A stretch of DNA of 64,000 nt from an uncultured Desulfosarcina sp. (GTDB taxonomy: Bacteria > Desulfobacterota > Desulfobacteria > Desulfobacterales > Desulfosarcinaceae): the NCBI GenBank assembly GCA_963674945.2, contig CAXXWQ010000002.1:64001-128000 (forward strand), given 5' to 3'. Of the stretch, positions 19,248 through 27,465 are shown piece by piece. The notes beneath the pieces were generated by a model. The model was not told the origin of the DNA. It ran no database searches and worked only from the letters and a program-made list of their open reading frames with translations. Position 1 is the stretch's first letter. Every line of letters starts with the position of its first letter. Both the position numbers and the translations under genes were made by a program.

Positions 19248-19408
19248 TTGCTTTGTGGATGAAAATGGACTACTGTATGAATATTCAATTAAGTCCTGCC
19301 TCTATTCATTTAGCCCTCGGGACAGCTCCTTTCTGAAGGAAGACCTTCATTCGATAAAATGGCGCCCTCCAGTTTGCGACATTGAAAATTATTAAGAAAG
19401 GAGGATGC
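19248..19408 (+). promoter_or_regulatory. Orphan csp-type promoter and structured leader (copy 2)
   Basis: TTGCTT-N17-TACTGT, then a leader colinear with copy 1 up to AAGAAAGGAGGATGC, but no csp ORF follows. Confidence 0.7.
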
Positions 19409-19453
19409 CCTTTTCTTTTCCAACCGTAAAGAAATAACAGCTAAGGGGGTAAC

Positions 19454-19602
19454 TTGGCAAGATCAAACTATACATTTGCAAAACATCAAAAAGAAATAGA
19501 GAGAAGGAGAAAGAAGAGAAACGAAAACGCAAAATGGACAAGGGCAACACCACTGGGGAAGATATTACAGATACGGCTGACGATGATGGAGAGAGTACAT
19601 AA
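19454..19602 (+). pseudogene. Small basic protein, probably frameshifted
   Basis: RBS AAGGGGG plus TTG gives MARSNYTFAKHQKEIER; the adjacent frame from ~19504 continues KEKEEKRKRKMDKGNTTGEDITDTADDDGEST*. Confidence 0.5.
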
Positions 19603-19626
19603 AGTAACAACCTTGAGAGAGGCATT

Positions 19627-20018
19627 ATGCGTCAAAAATTCTTGATTTCTCGAAATTTAGAAAAAAAGAATTAAGGATAATGGAATATTCCGTTGTTGAC
19701 AAAGACTTGAAAAAAGTGTCATCGGATAGTTTGCGCGAGGATAATTTCTCATTAGTCGGCGAAAAAACATATAAAAGTGATGCTATCCTTGATTCCATAG
19801 CCCGAGGGGATACTGATTTGATTGGAACCCTTCGTACTCATAATATATTTCCTATTAGCACGTATGCTTCTAAAATAGCTAATAAGATCAGAGAACTATA
19901 CGCCCTGTCCAGAGACTTCACTGCAGAACTTTTTTTTGATGATTGTGATTTGATTTCTATCGAACAAGATGTTGATTGGCATCCAGAATTCTTGCCAGCA
20001 TGTTCAATCGATAGGTGA
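19627..20018 (+). pseudogene. Conserved hypothetical protein split by a 1-nt loss in an A7 run
   Basis: GAGAGG RBS plus ATG 19627 gives MRQKFLISRNLEKK; one more A at 19661-19667 joins it (ELRI) to ORF 19680..20018 MEYSVVDK. Confidence 0.55.
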
Positions 20019-20244
20019 AACGCACTTTAGGCCATAATGGTCGGCATCGCTTTTCAGTTTGTATCCTCTAATATCCACCTCAACCTTTGTTAATCCTTAA
20101 GAAAAGAATGTGTTCGTTATTCAAAAAAGGATATAACAAATATGGGAGATGCACCTGCCGCCATTGATGAAGCAGATGACTATCTGGGAAGACACAATAT
20201 GACGAAAAAATTGGAATTATTACAGATTAAAGGAATTTGAATTA

Positions 20245-20529
20245 ATGAATATATACATCGGAAATTTATCATTCAACACTACGGAAACCACTTTGAAGTT
20301 CTTATTCGACGAGTATGGCGATGTCGAAAGCGTTAAAGTCATAAAAGACCGCTTCTCCGGTCGATCCAAAGGATTCGGTTTCATCGAAATGCTAAGCAAT
20401 TCGGAGGCGGACAAGGCAATCAAAGCCTTGAACGGAAACCTAATTGATGGCAACAATATTAAAGTCAAGCCGGCGGATCCCGGCGGAAAGCGGCCTAAAA
20501 AACGATCCTTTCGTAGAAGAAATTATTGA
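20245..20529 (+). CDS. RRM RNA-binding protein
   Basis: NIYIGNL (RNP2), RSKGFGFIEM (RNP1), basic tail. Confidence 0.95.
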   Translation: MNIYIGNLSFNTTETTLKFLFDEYGDVESVKVIKDRFSGRSKGFGFIEMLSNSEADKAIKALNGNLIDGNNIKVKPADPGGKRPKKRSFRRRNY

Positions 20530-20663
20530 AGATTGTCGAAGTCGGCCAAACTGCCTTTGTCGCTCTTTTCCTGGTATTGACTCGCGTCTTCGGCGTCCGA
20601 GACCGGGACCGCACATCCGACAAGGCCTCGTGATTGTAGCCTTCACTGACAAGAGAAAATCCA

Positions 20664-22151
20664 ATGACCCAAATGATGCAGGCGCCAAACAAAGGTGTTT
20701 ATCCAACCATTATTCAAGGCGGGATGGGAGCAGGCGTATCCGGTTGGAAGCTGGCCAGGGCCGTCTCCCTGACAGGTCAGTTGGGCGTCGTTTCCGGGAC
20801 TGCCCTGGAGCAAATACTCGTACGAAAACTACAGTTGGGGGATCCGGGCGGTCATCTCAGACGGGCGATGAGTTTTTTCCCCGATTTGGAAATGATCCAA
20901 AGAATCGAGGATGCCTTCTTCTTACCGATGGGAAAACCCAGCGGCGGGCATTTCAAAGCGACACCGATGTTCTCCCTACAGATGCCTCGATTGCTTGAAG
21001 AGCTATCCGTCGTTGCAGCTTTCAGCGAGGTGTATTTAGCCAAGGAGGGGCATGATCGGGCTGTCGGCATCAACCTGCTTAAAAAAATTCAGTTGCCGAA
21101 TATTTTCGCCATTTATGGCGCCATGCTGGCCGATGTCGACTTCATGCTGATGGGGGCGGGCATTTCGAATGAAATACCCGCGGTGATCAATCGCCTGTCC
21201 AGGCATCAGGATGTCTCGCTCAAAATAGACGTTCAAGGCAAAAAGGAGTCGGAAGGATTCCGGCTGAACTTCAGTCCGCGCGCCTTTCTGCAGAAAAAGG
21301 CGCCGGAACTAAAACGTCCCAGGTTTTTCCCCATTATCTCGTCTTCAACCCTGGCCAGAATGATGTTCAAAAAGACGGAGGGGGGCATTGACGGGTTTGT
21401 CGTAGAATCTTCCCAGGCCGGAGGGCACAACGCTCCACCTCGAGGAAAGCTGATTTTGACCCAGGAAGGCGAGCCTGTTTACGGCAAGCGGGATGATATC
21501 GATATTGCGGAAATCAAGGCTCTGGGCCTTCCTTTCTGGCTTGCCGGTGCCTGGGGCACTCCCGAAAAGCTGATCCAGGCATTGTCCGCAGGTGCCGAAG
21601 GCATCCAGGCGGGTACCGTCTTCGCTTTCTGCAAGGAGGCGGGGTTGACGGAACCGTTGAAGCGGCAGGCCATCGAAAGCATCCTGCTCGGAGATGCCTC
21701 GGTTTTTACAGATGCCAAAGCCTCTCCGACGCATTTCCCTTTCAAAGTGTTACGCTTGAAAAACAGCCTGTCCGAACCGTTTGAATATCTGAGCAGAACG
21801 CGTATATGCGATCTAGGGTATTTGCGAGAGATTTATGCCAGGGAGGATGGGAGTATCGGATACCGCTGTCCGGCGGAACCGGTCGATGCCTATTTAAAAA
21901 AGGGAGGGAAGCCGGGAGGCACCGACCAAAAAAAGTGTTTGTGTAATGCGCTGCTTTCAAATATCGGATTGGGGCAACGTCGCCAGGACGGTTATATCGA
22001 AAATGCGTTGATCACCACAGGAAGCGCCATCCTTTCCATTTTCCGACTGCTGCGAAACAAGCGCTCATATTCCGCTACAGATGCGGTGGAATGGCTATTG
22101 GCCGATGCGCAATGCGGTGAAAACCCCGCCGCCTTTCGGAAAACGGCCTGA
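20664..22151 (+). CDS. Nitronate monooxygenase/FabK/FabX-family FMN enzyme with Cys-rich C-terminus
   Basis: IIQGGMGAGVS, AGGHNAP, GAEGIQAGT; C-terminal ICDLGYL, RCPAEP, CLCN. Confidence 0.85.
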   Translation: MTQMMQAPNKGVYPTIIQGGMGAGVSGWKLARAVSLTGQLGVVSGTALEQILVRKLQLGDPGGHLRRAMSFFPDLEMIQRIEDAFFLPMGKPSGGHFKATPMFSLQMPRLLEELSVVAAFSEVYLAKEGHDRAVGINLLKKIQLPNIFAIYGAMLADVDFMLMGAGISNEIPAVINRLSRHQDVSLKIDVQGKKESEGFRLNFSPRAFLQKKAPELKRPRFFPIISSSTLARMMFKKTEGGIDGFVVESSQAGGHNAPPRGKLILTQEGEPVYGKRDDIDIAEIKALGLPFWLAGAWGTPEKLIQALSAGAEGIQAGTVFAFCKEAGLTEPLKRQAIESILLGDASVFTDAKASPTHFPFKVLRLKNSLSEPFEYLSRTRICDLGYLREIYAREDGSIGYRCPAEPVDAYLKKGGKPGGTDQKKCLCNALLSNIGLGQRRQDGYIENALITTGSAILSIFRLLRNKRSYSATDAVEWLLADAQCGENPAAFRKTA

Positions 22152-22330
22152 CCGATGAGCCTGCCTGCACCGAAAAGCAGCGCAAGGCATCATCGCGGGA
22201 ACGAGCCATACGATAAAATGCCGCTGCACGCAATGGTGGCACGACAGGAAAAAACGGATAGAAATAGGCAGGAAAAAGCTATATACGACAATGCAGCGAG
22301 TATTTTCAGATCTATGAAAGGAAAATTAAA

Positions 22331-22672
22331 TTGAAGCTCTATCTTGGCAATCTATCTTACGATACTACGGAAGAGGACCTGAAATCGACCCTGCAGGAAT
22401 TTGGGCGGGTCGAATCTGTCACCATTATCAACGATAAATTCAGCGGTCGCTCCAAAGGTTTTGGATTTGCGGAAATGGCGTCTCGAGATGAGGCTCATTC
22501 CGCCATCGAAGGCTTGAACGGTAAGGAGTTCAAAGGAAGAACGCTGAAAGTCAACGAAGCCCGTCCCAAATTGGAAAACCGCAGCAGCAGAGGCGGCTAC
22601 GGTGGCCCTAACCGCGGCGGAGGGCGTGGAAGCGACCGGGGAGGCCAGGGGCGCGGTAGAAGAGAATACTAA
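22331..22672 (+). CDS. RRM RNA-binding protein with Gly/Arg-rich tail
   Basis: KLYLGNL, RSKGFGFAEM, LKVNEARP, RGG tail; TTG start. Confidence 0.95.
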   Translation: MKLYLGNLSYDTTEEDLKSTLQEFGRVESVTIINDKFSGRSKGFGFAEMASRDEAHSAIEGLNGKEFKGRTLKVNEARPKLENRSSRGGYGGPNRGGGRGSDRGGQGRGRREY

Positions 22673-22872
22673 GCTGCAGTCGACTGAAATGTGAGTGCCG
22701 ATGGTCACTTCTTGGATGTCTTCGCCCTGCCTCCAGTATTTGTACTACTTTTTACGTTAGTGTTTGGATCAATTTTCGGGGGTCAGGTCACCACTTCCCT
22801 GGGAGTTTCTAACAGTGCTTTGATGTCTTCCATTTTTTCTTTAACGCCAATATAACCTTCCTCAAAAGCCCC

Positions 22873-24325
22873 GTTATTGATAACACTCCTACCATTTGTG
22901 ACTATGTTCTTCAAGATCTCAACAAAGGAAAGGGAAAAAAGCGCAATACCGGAGCCGAGGGTATGAGCGCGGACCAGGTTATCCGAGCGGCAGTTGTGAT
23001 GCGCCTTTATTCCTTCACTTATGAACAACTGGCTTTTCATATCTACGATTCTCGGGCACTGCGGCGTTTTTGTCGGATCGGTTTTGCTGACAAAGGTTTC
23101 GGAAAATCTGCTCTCAATTCGAACATCAAAAGAATTTCCCCGTACACATGGGAACGCATTTCAAGGGACCTGTTGGTCCACACCAAAGACGAAAGCATCG
23201 AGAAAGGGCGAAAGGCTCGCATCGATTGTACCGTGGTTGAAAGCAATATTCATAAACCCTATGACTCAATCCAATTATTCGACTGCGTGCGAGTTTTAAC
23301 CCACTTGCTCTACAAAGCCCGTGATGATTTCGACATCAAGATGATCTTTACCGACCATCTGCGCCGTGCCAAGCGTAGAATGGTCGGCATCCAGTATGCG
23401 AAAACAAAAAAGCAGCGTTTCCATCTGTATAAGGACTTGCTCAAGGTCACCCAAAAAACCATCGGCTACGCTATCAATGCCGAAAAACTTTTGGGATCGC
23501 TTTACCCGACGGATATCCGAATGTTCGAATTGCACAACGACATCAAACATTACGGGGATCTGGCCAGGCAGGTATACGATCAGACCTACCGGCGTGTCAT
23601 TCAAGGCGAAAGCGTACCCGCCGACCAAAAGGTGCTCTCTATCTTCGAAGAACACACCGACGTTATCGTCAAGGACAATCGGGATACCCACTATGGCCAT
23701 AAAATTTGCCTGACCGGTGGCGCCTCCAACTTGATCCTGGATTGTGTGATCCTTGAAGGCAATCCTGCTGATACGGATTTAGTCGCGCAAATGCTGGATC
23801 GTCAAAAACAGATCTACGGCCGGTACCCCTTGAAATTGGCCCTGGATGGCGGATTTGCCTCCAAGGACAATTTGTCGAAAGCCAAAGAGCGAAAAATCAA
23901 GGATGTCTGCTTTGCTAAAAAGCGCGGACTGAAAGAGACGGATATGTGCCGGAGCAAATACATATACAATAAGCTTCGAAGATTCCGAGCCGGCATTGAA
24001 GCCGGAATATCTTGGCTAAAGCGCAGCTTCGGCTTAACACGCTGCACATGGAAAGGGTTCCGTTCTTTCAAATGCTACGTTCTGTCATCGGTTGTTGCCG
24101 CTAATTTACTAACGATGGCCAGAAAGAAATTGGCGCCGGTCTAAAAGGCAACTTCTGGCCGACCGCTGATCAATCCAGCGGATAAGTGGGCCCAAACAAT
24201 GGATTTTATAGTCATAAGACCATAAATACTGAGCTTTATCACTGGAATTACTTCACAACGAAGCATCGGCATTCATTTTTTTTCGCTGAGAAGACAAAAA
24301 TCACCCATTTCTGGATGGGAACTAG
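22873..24325 (+). mobile_element. 5'-truncated ISNCY/IS5-like insertion sequence
   Basis: Transposase-like frame extends up to ~22873 (VIDNTPTICDYVLQDLN...) without a start codon; right end CCATTTCTGGATGGGAACTAG; no matching left end seen. Confidence 0.75.
22963..24144 (+). CDS. DDE transposase (ISNCY-like), probably missing its N-terminus
   Basis: RIDCTVVESNIH, LDGGFAS, RFRAGIEAGISWLKR, FGLTRCTWKG. Confidence 0.88.
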   Translation: MSADQVIRAAVVMRLYSFTYEQLAFHIYDSRALRRFCRIGFADKGFGKSALNSNIKRISPYTWERISRDLLVHTKDESIEKGRKARIDCTVVESNIHKPYDSIQLFDCVRVLTHLLYKARDDFDIKMIFTDHLRRAKRRMVGIQYAKTKKQRFHLYKDLLKVTQKTIGYAINAEKLLGSLYPTDIRMFELHNDIKHYGDLARQVYDQTYRRVIQGESVPADQKVLSIFEEHTDVIVKDNRDTHYGHKICLTGGASNLILDCVILEGNPADTDLVAQMLDRQKQIYGRYPLKLALDGGFASKDNLSKAKERKIKDVCFAKKRGLKETDMCRSKYIYNKLRRFRAGIEAGISWLKRSFGLTRCTWKGFRSFKCYVLSSVVAANLLTMARKKLAPV

Positions 24326-24744
24326 TTTAGGAAATTTCAAGCAGCAAAAGGGCATTTTTTCTATTAGTGGAGACGTACCATTTTACTTTTACAACAGGAA
24401 ATTGCGTGACAAGCAGAACGGAGGCTGAAATGTGCGGAAGATTCGTTGGTTTCAGACAACTTCAAGAGTTAATACAAAACTTAAAAGTGTTCCAGTGTCG
24501 GCCGAGCACTTTGCCAATAGTGCCCAGTTCCTAATCACGGATTTAACCTCAAGAATATTTTCAGTATTCCTTTACGTACAGGTAATCCAATGTAGTCATT
24601 TATGCGGGAAGCCATCTGACGCTGTAGATGTGGTGAGATCGGCAATCCCAACGGGTCTAAATATTCGATGAAATAATTGAGCCATCGGATTAGAATTTCC
24701 GGGTATTTTTCTTTCAAGAAAATTTGAAACGCTCAGTTTGAATC

Positions 24745-26319
24745 TTACCAGCTTACGGTAACCATGTTTGAGCAAATCGATGTTCCTGCCTCGCATATTT
24801 GGTAGGTTGCAGGGTCTCCGGCGCTGAAGGGCCCATGAATATATGTCCCATCGTTGAACGTAGTGTCAATTTTCGAACTGTCACGGTAGACATCCACAGA
24901 CGTTGAATTTGCGCCGGACCAAGTGAGGTAGGCATATTTAAAATTTCTGATCTTATACGCATAAACAGCAAGATCAATAACTGCATCCTGGCTATACTCG
25001 CCGCTGGTATCGGTCGTCTGATTATCGTTAATTGTTACCGTTTGACTGGTTGGTTTGATCCAGCCGGGTATCGTATTGAACTCCAATAGATGATTGCCAA
25101 CCAAAAGTCCGTTCTGCGTATCTCCACCGCTGTTCCAATCCCCTCCATCCACTCGCCATCTGGCACCTGCTGAAACAGCTTCGGGCGGGTAGATTGTCAC
25201 TTTCAGAGAACCTGTTGCAGGATCTTGGATAACCGTATGTGTCAGGTCGGCAATGGTGATTGCCGCCGTTCGGCTGTCGCCGGTATTGGGCGAAACCGTG
25301 TACGCTACAGTACCATCACCGATACCGCTGGATCCGGAGGTGATCGTCACCCATGTTGCATTCGCCTCAGCATACCACTCGCAACTGGTCGACGATGTAA
25401 AGAGGTAGAAATTGCCGGTTCCACCCCCTGAAATGATCGTGTTGTTGGTGGAAGAAATCGAATAGGTGCAATCGGAGGTGATAAAGATTCTTGTTTCCGA
25501 TTCAGCGCCAATGTTGGCATATAGATCAATCCCCGAGATTTTCCAGTAGTACTCTGTTGATGGTGTCAGCATCGCAGGCGCATAAGTTGAGCCGGGAGTC
25601 GTTTGATCAATGATAATATCATAAAAATCTTCGTCCTTTGCAACCTGCACAATGTACTCCACAGCATTGATGCAAGGCTCCCACTCAAGAGAAGAAGCGT
25701 CCGGATCAACGATATCGCCGTCGTTTGGAGAAATCAGGGCGGGAATAAACCGATAGGCATCGACGCTTACATTCTCGTTGTTTTCACCGGCGATTATCGT
25801 AACTCCGGTTACTTCCCCCCGCCATTTCACGTTGCCGTTCAAATCTTCTGCCAATAACACAAAGGCTCTATCCTCACCTACCGGAATGCCCTTTATCGTG
25901 CCGCCGTGTGCCTCACAGTTCCATGGGCCGCCAGTGACCAGAAATGTGCCGGTTGAGGTATCGTATACATTGCATACAACATACTCGATGCCACTTTCCA
26001 GACAATTTAAAGAAGTTTGCAAAGCCGTCGAATCTTGAAAATACTGCGTGTCATGCCATCGGATGGCCAAGGAAGTCGATCCGGTATCAGAATGCCCTGC
26101 AGTCGAAACACCTTGGACATGACTTCCGCAGCCCCATGGCAGAGAAATGCATAAAAGAAATATCAGAGATGCGCAAAAAAGGTCTCTGGTCGATGTAGGA
26201 AAAAAGTTTCGCGTCTTAGCGCGGCGTTTCTTCCTATTTTCATCCCTCCGGTGAATAGGAAAGATATTGCCGGTACTGAGAATGGCTGCAATACTGCCTG
26301 TGTAGTCCCGATTAACCAT
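24745..26319 (-). CDS. Modular surface lipoprotein (FN3-like, BACON-like and further beta-sandwich domains); start uncertain
   Basis: Hydrophobic stretch plus LPWGC lipobox-like motif; YYWKISG FN3-like; CTYSIS...WVTITSGSSGIGDGTVAYTVSPNTG BACON-like; C-terminal YQICEAGTSICSN. Confidence 0.7.
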   Translation of the reverse strand: MVNRDYTGSIAAILSTGNIFPIHRRDENRKKRRAKTRNFFPTSTRDLFCASLIFLLCISLPWGCGSHVQGVSTAGHSDTGSTSLAIRWHDTQYFQDSTALQTSLNCLESGIEYVVCNVYDTSTGTFLVTGGPWNCEAHGGTIKGIPVGEDRAFVLLAEDLNGNVKWRGEVTGVTIIAGENNENVSVDAYRFIPALISPNDGDIVDPDASSLEWEPCINAVEYIVQVAKDEDFYDIIIDQTTPGSTYAPAMLTPSTEYYWKISGIDLYANIGAESETRIFITSDCTYSISSTNNTIISGGGTGNFYLFTSSTSCEWYAEANATWVTITSGSSGIGDGTVAYTVSPNTGDSRTAAITIADLTHTVIQDPATGSLKVTIYPPEAVSAGARWRVDGGDWNSGGDTQNGLLVGNHLLEFNTIPGWIKPTSQTVTINDNQTTDTSGEYSQDAVIDLAVYAYKIRNFKYAYLTWSGANSTSVDVYRDSSKIDTTFNDGTYIHGPFSAGDPATYQICEAGTSICSNMVTVSW

Positions 26320-26365
26320 AGGATACTCCCAACGTAACGTATCAACCGAAATATCAGCAAAAAAA

Positions 26366-26704
26366 TTACCAGGTGATCGAAGCATCTCCCGTCCCGCCAC
26401 CAGCAGCACCATCACCACCACCGCCACCACCTATCGCCAAGGCCGCACAGCCAACGGCAAGTACGCCAAGGCCGATCCATGCCCACTTGCCGAAGCCTTT
26501 TTTCTCCGTCTTTTCAACCTCCGTCGGCGGTATATCTTTTTCCGGCGCGGACAATGCCTCGGGCTCATACCGGGTCTTGGTATCCAACAAATCGGCTTGC
26601 GCATACAACGAAGCCGCATTACAAAACAAGGTGCTACCTGGAAAATTGATCGCGACCATCGACAGAATCACCCAGCCGATGATGCACCTTATCGACATCC
26701 TCAT
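26366..26704 (-). CDS. Small exported/membrane protein with C-terminal TM helix and Gly-rich tail
   Basis: AGGAG RBS; signal-like N-terminus; KKGFGKWAWIGLGVLAVGCAALAIGGGGGG...SITW. Confidence 0.65.
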   Translation of the reverse strand: MRMSIRCIIGWVILSMVAINFPGSTLFCNAASLYAQADLLDTKTRYEPEALSAPEKDIPPTEVEKTEKKGFGKWAWIGLGVLAVGCAALAIGGGGGGDGAAGGGTGDASITW

Positions 26705-26728
26705 GGATACACTCCTTTGGTGGTGGTG

Positions 26729-27199
26729 TCAGGGATCGGCATATTCAGCCAACGTAAACGGTCTTGCATCCACTAACTCACCATCGACGTATACGACAAC
26801 CTTCCAATCTCCGGGTATGTCGGCCGCCGGCTCGTAATTGATGGAAATCCGGTGCCAGGCAGTCAGTTTGGGCAGGTATTTCCCCTTGTTTACGGTGATC
26901 GAGTAATCGCTGCTGACCAGATAGATACCGCCATCCGGTGCGATCCATTCCCATCGAATCGTATGGGACCCGGTCACGTCGTCAAGAGAGAGAAAGGCGA
27001 CTACCTGTTTGTCGTTGTTGAAAAAATTGCTGGTTCGCCCTACCGGAACACCGACCGTTCCGGAGGCGTCGACATCTCTCGCCAGCACGATGCCGTTGAA
27101 CTTCGGCAGCGGTGCGTTTTCAACCATCTTTTGGGAGGCACATGAAAGTATGAGTAAAAACACACCAAATCCAATGAATAAATGAATTCGCCTAATCAT
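26729..27199 (-). CDS. Lipoprotein with single Ig-like domain
   Basis: Lipobox ILSC; IRWEWIAPDG, PGDWKVVVYVDGE. Confidence 0.75.
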   Translation of the reverse strand: MIRRIHLFIGFGVFLLILSCASQKMVENAPLPKFNGIVLARDVDASGTVGVPVGRTSNFFNNDKQVVAFLSLDDVTGSHTIRWEWIAPDGGIYLVSSDYSITVNKGKYLPKLTAWHRISINYEPAADIPGDWKVVVYVDGELVDARPFTLAEYADP

Positions 27200-27253
27200 T
27201 TCTGTTTCTTGTTAAAATTAGGGAATAAAAAATAACTGATCATTTAAGCGATA

Positions 27254-27269
27254 AGCAAAAATCGTGCAA
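27254..27269 (-). promoter_or_regulatory. Imperfect sigma54 -24/-12 element
   Basis: TTGCAC-GATTT-TTGCT versus consensus TGGCAC-N5-TTGCW; one mismatch at the conserved GG. Confidence 0.3.
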
Positions 27270-27465
27270 GCTAACGTTAATTTGACTATTTAAATTATAA
27301 TATTGAATAGTTACATAAATCATAGAAGCAGAAAAATGGTATCAAATCAGGAGAAGGAAATACTAATGTGGAGATAAATACATATATTTTATGAACATGA
27401 TTACGTATCTTCAGGTTCGCCTGACCTGTGGCATGGCCAATGACGCTGCAATCGTCCCGATAGGC

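Noticed and set aside
26320..26430. ORF-track N-terminal extension of the 561-aa surface protein
   Set aside because: It overlaps the Gly-rich 3' end of the upstream gene in another frame; a downstream start is more plausible
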